Assembly (NCBI GenBank): GCA_964035545.1
Contig: OZ037766.1
Coordinates: forward strand, 7,182,722 to 7,246,721
Source of the DNA: Bugula neritina
Lineage: Eukaryota > Animalia > Bryozoa
Reading direction: 5' to 3'
Length of the DNA: 64,000 bases
The position numbers and the translations under genes are program-made. The notes beneath the pieces were generated by a model, which was given only the letters and a program-made list of their open reading frames with translations, had not been told where the DNA came from and made no database searches. Below are positions 47,290 through 59,635 of this stretch, one piece after another. Each line of letters opens with the position of its first letter. Position 1 is the first letter of the stretch.

Positions 47290-47901
47290 GGGAGGGTGGG
47301 GTTAGTTGGACCAAAAAATTTCATTTTTGAGCATAGGTTTTGAAGTCTAAATTTATTGCTAATCTAAAGCTCAGCACCATGAAAGTCAGTCATATGTTGC
47401 CATCTTTGTGCATTAAAATTGGTATGCCTAATTGTAATAATTATAGACATAGTGAAAATAATTAATTCGGGGAAATTTGTACCTGGCTCAACTCACCCCA
47501 CTTCACACGTGGTTCAACTAGCCTCACACTTTCGTGCCGCAAATTATTGCCAATATATCTGCTGTAAATGAGCCATATCTGCAATTTTAGGCCATTGCCC
47601 AGCTTTGAGATCATGCTGACAGTACATGCTTAAATTTATTTGACTGGGCTCAGAAATTCTAGAAGCTATGCAACTTTTTATGAAAAAATGAATTTTTATT
47701 TTCCTCATGTTTTATGCAAAAATGTGAAAAATGCTGACCTATCTGGAAACTACTGCTTTGATTTCATATATTTCCATATATCTGGTAGTTCCCCTAAATA
47801 GCTCTAAAGTGAAGGAGATAAAATAGTGCAATGATTTAAAAATGAAAACTTAAAGCATGTGGTTCAATTAGCGCGGTAACTCAACTAGCCTCACTCTCCC
47901 C
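47290..47901. mobile_element. Tc1/mariner-pogo-like MITE in intron 6 of copy 4
   Basis: TA|GGGAGGGTGGGGTTAGTTGG...TCAACTAGCCTCACTCTCCCC|TA. The TIR core is repeated internally (near 47485, 47511, 47861). Absent from copy 5 intron 6. Confidence 0.82.
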
Positions 47902-49778
47902 TATAACGTTTTAAACGTGAATCTATGAAAATTCAAATATTTGCTCAAATTTTGCCCTATTGATGGTATTTTTATTTTATTGCAAATAATTTTGATTTTC
48001 AACAAAAGGATGCTAATAGACATTTGGTAATGGCTATTTCAATCAACCTTTCTTTTGTCTCCACCAGCAACGGCCACTTCTGGAAACTCACCCTGGCATA
48101 TAATCTACCTAATGGCATCTTTAACTCCTGGATCCCATTTTGCTCAGTAAGCTTCAGATCACTAGGAGTGGATGAGGTAAAACTTCAAACTCACGGTTTT
48201 TCGTGTATAGAACTTATGTCATTACTTATTGGAGATGAGGTAATGAATTAAAACAGGTAGCAAAGTAACTATAGTAAAGTGGGAGTAGTTGTAGCTTTTA
48301 GACTTTATAGCCTACTAATTAGAAAGCACCGTTTCTGCAAACATACTTTTACCATTTATAATATCATATTAACTATAGATGTCAGCATACTCCACAATCA
48401 AGAGCTGCATGAAGTTTAGCACAAGTTGAATTTAAAATGTCATTTTCTAGTTAATTTTAATGATTAAATTTAGGCACTGTATGCTGCTATTAGGTAGCAG
48501 GTCATACAAGGGACAATTATAGCCAACCAGAATGGAAGTATTACAAAAATATTTTCTTACAGCACATAACACATTGAAATTTGGATTGAAAATACCAAGC
48601 TTGTAGTCCTTACATTAAATAATACTATGTTGAAAATGTTGAAATATTGCTTCACTTGATTTGAAGAAATATTTTATCATACTTTATGTATAGCAACATT
48701 TATTGTAAAGCTTTTAGCCCTATTAGATACTTATAAACTTAAGAGCAGCAAAAGGAATGGTTGTTCACACCAATCTGCAAATCACATGTTCTTTTTGTCA
48801 CATGACTTAGCTGGTCACATCACTTTGCTGTTACCAGGTCACATCTGGATGGATTGGATTTTCAGCTCTCCTGATCAGCTCCCTTCTGTCAATTCCTATC
48901 TCTTGGATAGCGGATCGATTTAAAAGAAAATTGAAGTTGTTCCTCCAACTGGCCAATGGCCTTGCCTTAGCCTTATATCTTCTCCTAGCCTTAGTCCAGC
49001 GAGGGTGTATAAGCATTCCAGACCACCAGCTTTCTATTGGTGAGCAGTCCATATTTCTTTTATCCTTGTTATGTGCTTAAAGTTTTTTTGTATTCTACAT
49101 CAAGAAGAACAACACATTTTTTCATCAACCTAGTCATTTGAAACTAGTTTATAATGAATTGAATAATCTAATAGAAAATAAAAAAAGTTCTAACAAAAGC
49201 TATCTTGACCTAGTAGGTAGAGCAATGCCTGTGTTAGGTTAAGCTATTTACATTAGTTTTATATGGCTATATGTTTTTATGATGTAGTATATATAGGCTC
49301 AAATAACTTTCAAACACATTGGTTTTATATTGTTACTTTGAGCAAAACTTCAATTTTACATAAAAATTTATATAAAAAAACTATGCATTCAGTATAGATG
49401 CATATTGGCACATGCAGCTATAGTTTGATCAAATTAATATGAAACAATATTAATTTCAGCCGTGCTCTACATACTCAGCATTGGAGCTGCAACGTGTATC
49501 AACGGATTCATTCCTATATACTATGAATTAGCCTCCGAATGCGCCTTTCCTGTGGACGAGAGTTTGGCATGCGCTTTGCTCACCACTCTCAACAATGTAA
49601 TCGGTGTGGTGTTCTTTCTGCTACTGCTAATTCCTGCATTGGCATCAGGTTAGTCATTAAAATATAGAAAACAGTTTTTGAATTTAGAGTAAATCATTTT
49701 GAAAAGTTTTGTAAACATTATCTTATTTCTTCTATGCATACATAGGTGTATATGATTGTATATATTATGTGTATATAG

Positions 49779-49925
49779 CATGTGTATATACATGTGTATG
49801 TGTATATATAACACTTGTATATGTGTAAGTGTAAATGTGTACCTATAGATGACATGTGTATATACATGTGTATGTGTATATATAACAAGTGTATATGCGT
49901 AAGTGTAAATGTGTACCTATAGATG
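49779..49925. repeat. Tandem duplication of a ~73-bp TATG-rich unit in intron 9 of copy 4
   Basis: CATGTGTATATACATGTGTATG...GTACCTATAGATGA occurs twice. Confidence 0.85.
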
Positions 49926-52584
49926 ATATGTGTATATATATAGGTGTGTGCTTGTGTTACAACAAGCTAAAGAAAACAGCAGAGTATTTTTACTACAGAT
50001 AAGCTTTGCAGTACAACTATTGGCATAGAGTTATCTTCTCACTATATCTATTATATTTGCCCAGCTAATTAATAACCTTTCAACAAACAAGTTTGGTTAG
50101 TGAGGTAAAAATTTTAGAAAACACTTTTAGACTCAGAATGGATGATGTGGACATGTGTAGGAGCATGTGCACTAACAGTACCGCTGCTATTCTTTATGAA
50201 AGAGAGTTATTACAGACTGGATGTAGATACAGCATGCACACAGACAGATGAAGAACATAGAGCAGTAGGTAGCTAATATGAATCAAATTTAATATATTTT
50301 TATTCTTATGGACGTGCAGTATAATTATTATATCTCTGTTCTATTTTTATGGATCGAATTCCGTGCTTGTAAATGTGTTATGTTTGTTGTTGTTTTCTTT
50401 TTCAAAATATTATTTGTATTTTCATATAAACTAGGTATTTTATATGGTAAAAATTGTATATACCAAGTTAAAATAGGAGCATAACTATGTAATTTTGTAA
50501 CAAAATGAATATGCTTTTTTTTCCAGTGTATGCATGAGTAATGTCTCATGTGTATATTGATTATTTAATATGTGTTTATTATATACTTTTATTTGCGTTA
50601 TGAAATTTAAAAACACTCTTACAAATTATAAAAATCATTATATAAAACTTTACAAAAATAACCTAAAATAGATTTTGCTTGCAAATTTTTTTGTCCAAAT
50701 CCCTTTGTATTATATACAAAATACGCTATTTTGGAATGAAAGAGAAATTATGCTCTACTTTAAATGTTAGCACAAATTGTAAAAACACAAGCATGTTATT
50801 TTAAATAGTTACTCAAGAAAAATTTTTGGTAGCAAGTGCAGAGAGTTGTATTATATAATTGACGGAAGCTGCCAGTGAATTTAGTCTAAATTCTAGATTC
50901 TTTTAAGTTCAATCTTACCATGCTAACATGTAACAATTAGGCTGTCTTTTTCATAAGCCTAAGTTAAGGAAGCAACAATAAAACTTTAAAAAGTACTAAA
51001 CAAAGTAAAATAATAGTCTGGTAAAAGGTAAAGAAAGACAACTCTACATGGAAAAACACTAACTCGCAATAATATAACAGATAACACTGTGGTAATTACG
51101 ATAAGAAAATGACAGCTAGGCACGTGTATTGAGGCTGATGAGCATTATCACTACTGCAAGCTTAGGGCGAATGACCCTGTAGCTACGCCCCATCTATTTC
51201 ATCGGATCACTTTATTGGCTCATCCACTTGTGTAAGGTCGAAGTATAGGACACTGAGTATGCTAATGCTAACAGAAAATGACTCTCGGTTTGAAAATTGT
51301 GAAGCATAAAGCAGCCTAACTAGTAAAGGCTGAGCTTTTCCTCTACTTATGACTAGATTCTTGAAAGCAGTGACAGCAAGTGGCAAAAAGAGACTCATAT
51401 CACAGCAAGTGACAGGAAATAATGCATAATACTTACTCTTTGGATTGCAAATTTCTTCCACATCTCCTTAGAACTACAAGCAGTACTTTACCATTGTTGT
51501 GAATATGGGGGATACTGGAACTGGCTCTACATCTAGGGGCAGTACTAAAGAATATGATGAAAGCTTTACAGCAAAAACTTACAAGAGAAGATGGTGGATA
51601 TTGCTTGTGTTCAGTTTCACCAGCTGTGTGCAAAGTGCTGTGTATAACACTTGGCCTCCAGTAGCTGATGCCTTGAAAATAGGCTTTGGATGGAGCGATT
51701 CATTTTCTGCAGTTATGCTTCTGATGTATTGTACAGCTGTAATTATGGGAACTTTTCCAATCATGTATTCTATAGGCAACATTGGTGAGAAAACTATAGC
51801 GTAGTTATTATACGTAGGCATACCTTCAACAGTACCTATACTGCACGTATATCAACCTGCAGTCAGCTAGTTACTCGCAACTGTATATAATCTTTTAATA
51901 TAATACTCCTTAAAAGCTAGTCTGTAAACATATTGACTTTGTCCAGCTGTATATATTAGTCATAATAGCTGAAAAAGAAGAGGCCAGTCCACACTGAAAT
52001 GCTCCATAAAACACTGTGCTATAGTTTACAATATTATTACCCTTTCAAAGAAGCTTGTGATGAAAACAGTATGGTTTGAACATTTCAAACTTCAATTATC
52101 TTTGGTAATTTTCAAAATCATAAAACCACTATAAGAAATAAAGCAAGCCATAATTTATTAATTGCCATTGCAAAGGAGAAAAGTTTTCAAGGTTTTGCCA
52201 AGCTCTGATACGAATAGCACGCGCAACTGCATAATGTGTGCACATTGGTATAAATAAGTGTGTAAAAAAATCTCTGTTAACATGTAGGCGTACAGGTTTA
52301 CTATCACTTGACTACTTACTAGCCTGTGCAACATTATAGCTACTGGATGATACTAATCACATTGGTCTTATCGTAAGCGAAGCCTGACAATCATTTACTA
52401 GCATTATTACGTAAATTGAATGCATTTATCACTCGTCACTCACTTACTGTATACCTTATGTTGGATTTATGTTCTATTGGGTTAGAGAGCTGGTTGGACA
52501 TGTCTATGTCTATACAAAAGGCACGTACAGTTGACACCCCCTAGCCTTGCCAAGATATCTAATTTGTGTTGAGCGTAACAAGAC

Positions 52585-52744
52585 ACTGCTTTTAGTTTTT
52601 TAACGGCAAAATAAAATGTTTAAAGTTTCTGGGGTGCTGAAACTATGTTTTTTTTTATTTTGAGAAAAAGACACAACAAAAACATAGTTGCAGCACCCCA
52701 GAAACGTTGAATATTTTATTTTGCCGTTAAAAACTAAAAGCAGT
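52585..52744. repeat. Inverted repeat (~67-bp arms, ~25-bp loop) inside the segment that replaces exon 2 of copy 5
   Basis: ACTGCTTTTAGTTTTTTAACGGCAAAATAAAAT...CTGGGGTGCTGAAACTATGTTT pairs with AAACATAGTTGCAGCACCCCAG...ATTTTATTTTGCCGTTAAAAACTAAAAGCAGT. Confidence 0.9.
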
Positions 52745-55700
52745 TTCTGCAATATAGATAATATAGCAAGTCTGGCTCTTTCTATATTATCTGGATTATA
52801 TAGGAAATTAAATTAAAAAATTTAAAATTATATTATTTTAGATTTATACAACCTGGATACCAATAGCTGATTGAATATATACTTTCTATGTTCTAAAAGT
52901 AGTTATATTTAAAGTTTTCGTGCAACAAACTGAATTTATTGCATAAGCAAGTTTTTACTTTGAATTTTCAGACTCACTCATGCAATGATTAAGCTGTGTG
53001 TTGCAGCTACTAAGAATAACATGCAATGACATTAGCAATAATTGCTATTAATTTTATAACACTTCAGAGCCAAACGAAAATGTCATCAGTATGAGCACAA
53101 AATTTCTTATAAACCAAAATTGTTTGAGCACACAACCTTTAAGCAGTCTGTAGATAATAGTTTAGGTAATTTATTTATGAATACTCTAATACTGCATAAA
53201 TGAAGTTTGCCAGCGATTATTTAAATAAAGGTGAACATCACTACTCAGTAACCAATTTCCCACAAGCTTTGACTTATAGGTCATGTCTTAAGAGGATCTC
53301 ACCAGCTCAAGCTATACAGATCTTAAAATGGACCTTCGTCTACTGCCAGAATCAGTTGCATTACAAGCCTTTCTACTTTATTAGTCTTTGCGATAGTCAC
53401 TATGTGTGTATCCAGGTTATTAGCCCTTGGATCCTTTCTGAATGGACTTGGAAGCACTGTTACCAGCTCCCTCCCTACTGTTATTTCAACTTCTTGGTTC
53501 CCAGTATCTGAAAGAACAACAGCTACATCTATAGCTTCTATGGGTTATTTAGGAACAGCCGTAGCTTTCTTTGCTGGTGAGTAAAAGTAGCTTATTTCTA
53601 ATGAGTTGCTATAACGTTACTAAGGGTATGTCACTATAGTATGTAAAATAATATAATGTATATGCATGCATATGTATAATGTGTACACAGCATGTGCAAG
53701 GTTTTAAAACCACTTCAATGTAAATCTTAAGGTAATTTACACTACACACTTCATTTCTATTGCATATTTAGGTCCTTACATTAGCGGTGCCAATGTAACA
53801 GCTTCTGAAGTGATCAACAAAGACACTCTTCCTACAGGTAAATATTCTTTTCTGTATAAATATCAAACAACATTGCAAAAATTGACTATGGAATAGGCAA
53901 ATCAAAACAAATAACTAGCATGATGGTTATTTTAATGTTACACTTGCTTTTATTTCCGTGCAGACATTTTATACAAAGATCCTTTTAAAATAATTTGATC
54001 TTTGACCCCTGACTGGCCATTAGTGATGACACTTCAGCATAGCCAAACGTGTGTAGGTCTTTAAGTAGTGATTGGAACTTGAAAAAATAAATCTGAGTAG
54101 ACAATTCTTCATACCATAAGTTTTCAGTTGGAATCATACTTATTTATTCATATAATTATCTTTAGAGGAAAAATGGCTAAAATTATCATTCAGATTATGG
54201 CTAACTATATACACTAAGAGAACATCTCAGGTTTAGTAGAAGAAGTAGAAGCACATTATGATTGCATGTGCCTATTTATGTTTCTATATTGTGTTTGAGA
54301 AGCTCTAATATGGTTATGGTATAAAATTTTAGAGTTTGTTGATAAGCTACAGACTGGAGTGCTAAATATACTATATTTCAGTAAGTCATGTATTTTATAA
54401 TAATTGATTTTATGTTTATTCTCGTTAATTTAATTTGGAGGTTGCAGTTGAGGATAATATACTATAATATATATACATTATAATTCACGTTATTTAAATT
54501 TTAAAGCATGATTGCTCTTATTATATATATTTTAAATACGCTATAAAGGTATGCTGCATATTTCCTATTTTATTATAGTGGCATCTCTCACAGTAGTTGG
54601 GTTCTGGTTTACCATTATATACTTCCCTTCTCAACCTCCACGATGTCCCAGCAGAGCTCAAACTCAACCACGTGAAAGTTTTTGGCCAGGAATGAAACAT
54701 CTGCTATCGTAAAGATAACTTAATAGTATGCATTCTTTATTCAATCATTTATCTAGTATATCACATTTTATTTTGGTATGACATTATTTGTTTATAATTA
54801 TTGTTAAATCAACCTTAGTTGAACTTTAGGCTAGATTTCTCTGAATTATGATATGTCATTACATTTTCAGTGTGAATGTATAGAAAAGGCTCAATTTCCC
54901 TTGTGTTTTACTCTAATGAAGATGTTTTTATTTAATATGACAAAAGAAATTTGATTGTTAACAAAAAATGATAACAAATTTATTACATGGCTATTTAAAT
55001 CAAACTTTCTTTTGTCTTCACCAGCAACGGACACTTCTGGAAACTCACCCTGGCATATAATTTACCTAATAGCATCTTTAATTCCTGGATCCCATTTTGC
55101 TCAGTAAGCTTCAGATCACTAGGAGTGGATGAGGTAAAACAACAAACTCTTTTTTTGTGTATAGAACCTGTCGCACTAGTTATTGGAGATCAGATTGTAA
55201 ATTAAAGCAGATGAAAAAATAAGTGGTGAAGCAGGAGCAGTTATAGCTCTTTGACCTAATACCATTTCTGCAAACACCCTTCTACTATTTTATAATATTA
55301 ACTAATTATATATTTCAGCTTAATTCACAGTAAAGAGTTGAAGTGTTGCATAACTTGAATTTAACCATCATTATTTTGTTATTTTTAATTACTTAAACAC
55401 TAATCTAAAGTAAATGAAATATTAATCAGTTTTTTGTTTACTTATCTAATATTAAATATATCGATTACTAAATTAAGGCATTGCTAGTTATTATGTAACT
55501 TCTAAACTTCATTAAACTCCTACAAATCCTAAATTTTATAATTAAGAGTAATAATCAACTAGCATAAAAGTATTACAGCAATATTTACTACAGCACATAT
55601 CGTATTGAAATTTTTATTGCAATCCTAACATAAAATAACACCATCGGAATAAAATCTGGTAAAATGTTTTTTTCACTAAGTTTGAAACTTTAAGCCTGAT

Positions 55701-56744
55701 TAGGTAATTTTAAATGTAAAAGCAGAAAAGGGCGTTGCTGGTCACATGACCTTGCTGGTCACATAATTTTGCTGATCACATGACTTTGCTGTTACCAGGT
55801 CACATCTGGGTGGATTGGATTCTCAACTCTCTTGATCAGCTCCCTTCTGTCAATTCCCATCTCTTGGATAGCGGATCGATTTAAAAGAAAATTGAAGTTG
55901 TTCCTCCAATTGGCCAATGGCCTTGCCTTAGCCTTATGCCTTATCCTAGCCTTAGTCCAGCGAGGGTGTATAAGCATTCTAGACCACCAGCTTTCTATTG
56001 GTGAGCAGCTTTTATTTCTATCAAATTTTTTGTGTGCTGAAAGGTTGTTGGTATTCTACATCAAAAATACAACACAATTATTTCTCATCAACTTCCCCAT
56101 TTAACCTTATTTTTATAATGAAATTATAATTACTTGAATAATCTAATAGAACATATAAGAAGCCTAACAAAAGCAGCCATGACCTGTAGTGGTTAGAGAT
56201 ATCCCTGTGTTAGGTTAAGCTATATACATTAGTTTTATGTGTTTACTATACATGTACTAGCTCAGCTCAAGTAACTCTCCAACACATTGGTTTTATTGTT
56301 ACTTTTAACAAACATCAATTTCACATGAAAATTATATAAAATCTGTGCTTTCAGTATAGATGTATATTGGCACATGAAGCTTATGTAGTTTTAGATAATA
56401 TAAAACAATATTAATTTCAGCTGTGCTTTACATACTCAGCATTGGAGCTGCAACGTGTATCAACGGATTTATTCCTATATACTATGAATTAGCCTCCGAA
56501 TGTGCCTTTCCTGTGGACGAGAGTTTGGCATGTGCTTTGCTCACCACTCTCAACAATGTAATCGGTGTGGTGTTCTTTCTGCTGCTGCTAATTCCTGCAT
56601 TGGCATCAGGTTAGTCATTAAAATATAGAAGACAGCTTTTGAATTTAGAGTAAATCATTTTGAAAAGTTTTGTAAACATTATTTTATTTCTACTACGCAT
56701 ATATATAGGTGCATATGCATGTATATGTGTATATAGCATGTGTA

Positions 56745-56770
56745 TATGTGTGCGTGCGTGCGTGCGTGCA

Positions 56771-56818
<48 letters not shown>

Positions 56819-56830
56819 TGTGTGTGTGTA
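56745..56830. repeat. (TGCG)n/(TG)n microsatellite
   Basis: Read directly. Confidence 0.95.
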
Positions 56831-57684
56831 GATGTGCATAGATAATATGTGTGCATATATATGTGTGCGCGCGCGTGTGCTACAACTAGCTAAAGAAACA
56901 TGTTATAAACCTACAGAGTACTTTTTACTACAACTAAGCTATACAATACAACCATCGGTATAGACTATAGAGTTATCTTCTCACTCTGTCGTTTATATTA
57001 TTATTTGCCCTGTAAAAGCTAATATCTTTTCAACAGATTTTGTTAGAATATTAACAAAGTTTAGGAAATATCTTTAGACTCAGAATGGATGATGTGGACA
57101 TGTGTAGGAGCATGTGCACTAGCAATACCACTGCTATTCTTTATGAAGGATAATTATTACAGACTGGATGTAGATACAGCATGCACACAGATAAATAAAG
57201 AACATAGAGCAATAGTGAGCTAATATAATCAAATTTAATTTATTTTTATACTCTTATAAATTTCTATAGTGTCATCAACATATATCTGTTCTATTGCTTA
57301 TGAATTGCATTTAATGTTTGCAAATGTGTTATAGTCATGGTTTTTTTCAAATTACATTTATATTTGTATATAAAGTTTATTATTTAACAAAACTTTTACA
57401 TTTTAAATCAAAACATCAACCTAACTATATATTTTTGTAAAAACGAAATTTATTTTTGCTAGTGTATGCATGCGGAATTTGTCTCATGTTTATATTGATT
57501 ATTTAATATTTATTAATTATGCTTTTTTATTAGCATTTTGAAACCTAAAATAACTCTTTTAATTATAAAAAGCCATATATAAAAATTCATAAAAATATTT
57601 ACCTAAAATTAATTTTGTTGACAACTTTTTATCCAAATCTTTTTGTTTCAAATATAAAGAATGATATTTTTAATTATAGGCTAT

Positions 57685-57768
57685 AAACAATTATGCTTCA
57701 TGAAATGTCAGCATAAATTGCAACAATTGTCGCAATTTATGCTGACATTTCATGGAGCAAAATTGCTT
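57685..57768. repeat. Spacerless ~84-bp palindrome downstream of copy 5
   Basis: Centred on ACAA|TTGT (57726/57727); about 4 mismatched pairs in 42. Confidence 0.92.
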
Positions 57769-58120
57769 GTGTTAACACAAGTATTTAAATAGTTATTCAA
57801 GAAGAGTTATAGGTACCGACCTAGTGCATCTATTGGCTAAAATAGAAAGTTGTAACCTAACTGATGAAAGCTGCTAGCAAATTTAGTCCAAGTTCGAGCC
57901 TCTTTTGGCGTCAATCCTATACATTATTGATAAGTAATACTTTATAGGTTGTCATTTCTCAAAGCCTTGTTTAGTAAACAAAAATTTGTACCTGTTTTTA
58001 ATTTCTATAATAATACAATTTTAAAAAGATCTTCTAATAAACCAAGTACCAGTCTGGTTATTGTAATAATTTATAACATGATTGATACTGGCTGAACTTA
58101 AAAAGTCTTGTTAATACAGT

Positions 58121-59437
58121 GGGGAGTAACAGGGGGGGGGGTGAGGGGGGCTTAATGGGCTGAATTTTCAATTTTTTGCTCTCATTTGTCTGTTTTTCAA
58201 GTTACTAGTTCAATAATCTTTAGTCTAAATGCTACACCAGTTTTCTATTATAGGTATCAATTCGTTGTTTCCATCTCTTTCACAACCTTCAGAATAACAA
58301 AATTTTTATGACAAAAATACTGGCCCATTGTGCCCCGATACCGGAGTACAATGGGCCACTGGGTAGGAGACAACAAATATATAGAACCTTTGCTAATTTG
58401 GTTGCATCTGATCTTTATTTATTTAATATACACAAGTAAATAAAAATAATCTTTCAGATCTACAGCAAAAATCATGTTTTAGCTGTACAGTTTGTGCCAC
58501 CACAGATAGCAGGGGAAGGCAAAATCAAACGCACATCACTCATTTCTACGGTGCCATTATCATTACTGTTAGAAACTAAAAATGTTTTTCTATTTCCACT
58601 TCACAGGAACTTTTTAAGAAATTTTTTTAGTAACATGTGCTACGAAATTCCAGGTGGGCTTTTTTCTATGAACTGTAGCTAAGGTGGCTGAAGTTTGTGG
58701 CTGGAATGCAAAAGGGGGGGGGGGTGAAGAAATGAGCAAATCACAATTTATTTTAATCAAATACATGTATATTCCCTCAATGATATTATAATGTATAATG
58801 AATATCATGACTATCCATTAGTAACAACACCAGAGTGTTTTGTATGATCTATAAAATGACAAATTGCTATAACCTCACCAAATGCATTTATTAGGGCAGC
58901 TTAACCTTGTAGTTTTGTAGTCTTACCATGATGTCTTTGATATTTCACAAAAAGAAAGTCAGAAATGGCTGTATCTATAATAGATATTATTAACATTTCA
59001 AATAATATTTTGAGCGAACAAACCAATAACAGTGATCAGAATGCAATGGTCAGCGTGGCCCATTGTGCCCCGTGTGGCCAAGTTGAAAATAAATAAGCCT
59101 CAATGAAAATTTATTAAAGAATTTGTTATTATACCAGCTAGGCAATGTAGAGACAAGCAATGGCAGCAATATCAGTAAAATCTAGGCTTGTTACTTTTGA
59201 GTTTAAAAAGTTATATTATAGCTTTAATGATATTGTAAAAAATTTACAAAATGTAGGTAAAAACAGTTTTGACTCGCCTTTTCAAAGTGTATGCTCTGCA
59301 AATGTTGAAACTACAATGGCTGAATAATTATGTCCTTACCTTTTATTAAAAAAAATTACAGTTCTAAATCAATAAGTTCTCTCACAATTTGACCGGCTTT
59401 TTGTACCCCTATAATGACCATTGTGCCCCGTTACCCC
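58121..59437. mobile_element. Degenerate pogo-like non-autonomous DNA transposon (~1.3 kb)
   Basis: Right end CCATTGTGCCCCGTTACCCC|TA; degenerate left end GGGGAGTAAC...AATGGG; GGCCCATTGTGCCCCG repeated internally near 58322 and 59057. Confidence 0.65.
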
Positions 59438-59454
59438 TATAATGTTTTCGTCAA

Positions 59455-59635
59455 GCAGTCAAAGTCTAAATGTTAAAGCAAGTTGACTAAAGTAGACACA
59501 AGGTCAGTGGTTTGAATCCCAGTAAAAGTTATTAGGAATGACATAAGGGTATTCAAATTACTCATTCGCCATTATAAAAACAAGTCATTATGTCTGCTAA
59601 AAAACCTTTCATCAAGGGTTCTCATATGAGTTTTT
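59455..59635 (+). mobile_element. Diverged tRNA-derived SINE copy
   Basis: ACACAAGGTCAGTGGTTTGAATCCCAGTAAA and CATCAAGGGTTCTCA match the family. Confidence 0.7.

Larger units (their letters stand above)
44232..50276 (+). pseudogene. SLC49A4: SLC49A4-like copy 4 with premature TGA at codon 28 (44313-44315); exons 44232-44511, 44731-44818, 45787-45947, 46103-46168, 46846-46893, 47016-47145, 48068-48176, 48838-49039, 49460-49648, 50131-50276
   Basis: TAC AAA TGA AGA TGG versus TAC AAG AGA AGA TGG in copy 5. Exons 2-10 are open with intact splice sites, so the pseudogene status is provisional. Confidence 0.8.
51505..57223 (+). pseudogene. SLC49A4: SLC49A4-like copy 5 lacking exon 2; exons 51505-51784, [exon 2 absent], 53416-53576, 53772-53837, 54333-54380, 54579-54708, 55025-55133, 55799-56000, 56421-56609, 57078-57223
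   Basis: Homology to copy 4 breaks at ~51800 and resumes at ~52862, inside intron 2. I found no 88-nt exon-2 homolog in between. Joining exon 1 to exon 3 gives G|GT TAT TAG (stop). All other exons are open. Confidence 0.75.

Noticed and set aside
52841-52860. Residual or replacement exon 2 in copy 5 (TTTTAG ATTTATACAACCTGG)
   Set aside because: Only a short resemblance to the exon-2 end, with no GT donor after ACCTG and no 88-nt frame; RNA data would be needed to exclude it fully.
56611-56856. HART/RACV-repeat ORFs
   Set aside because: Translations of a (TGCG)n microsatellite.
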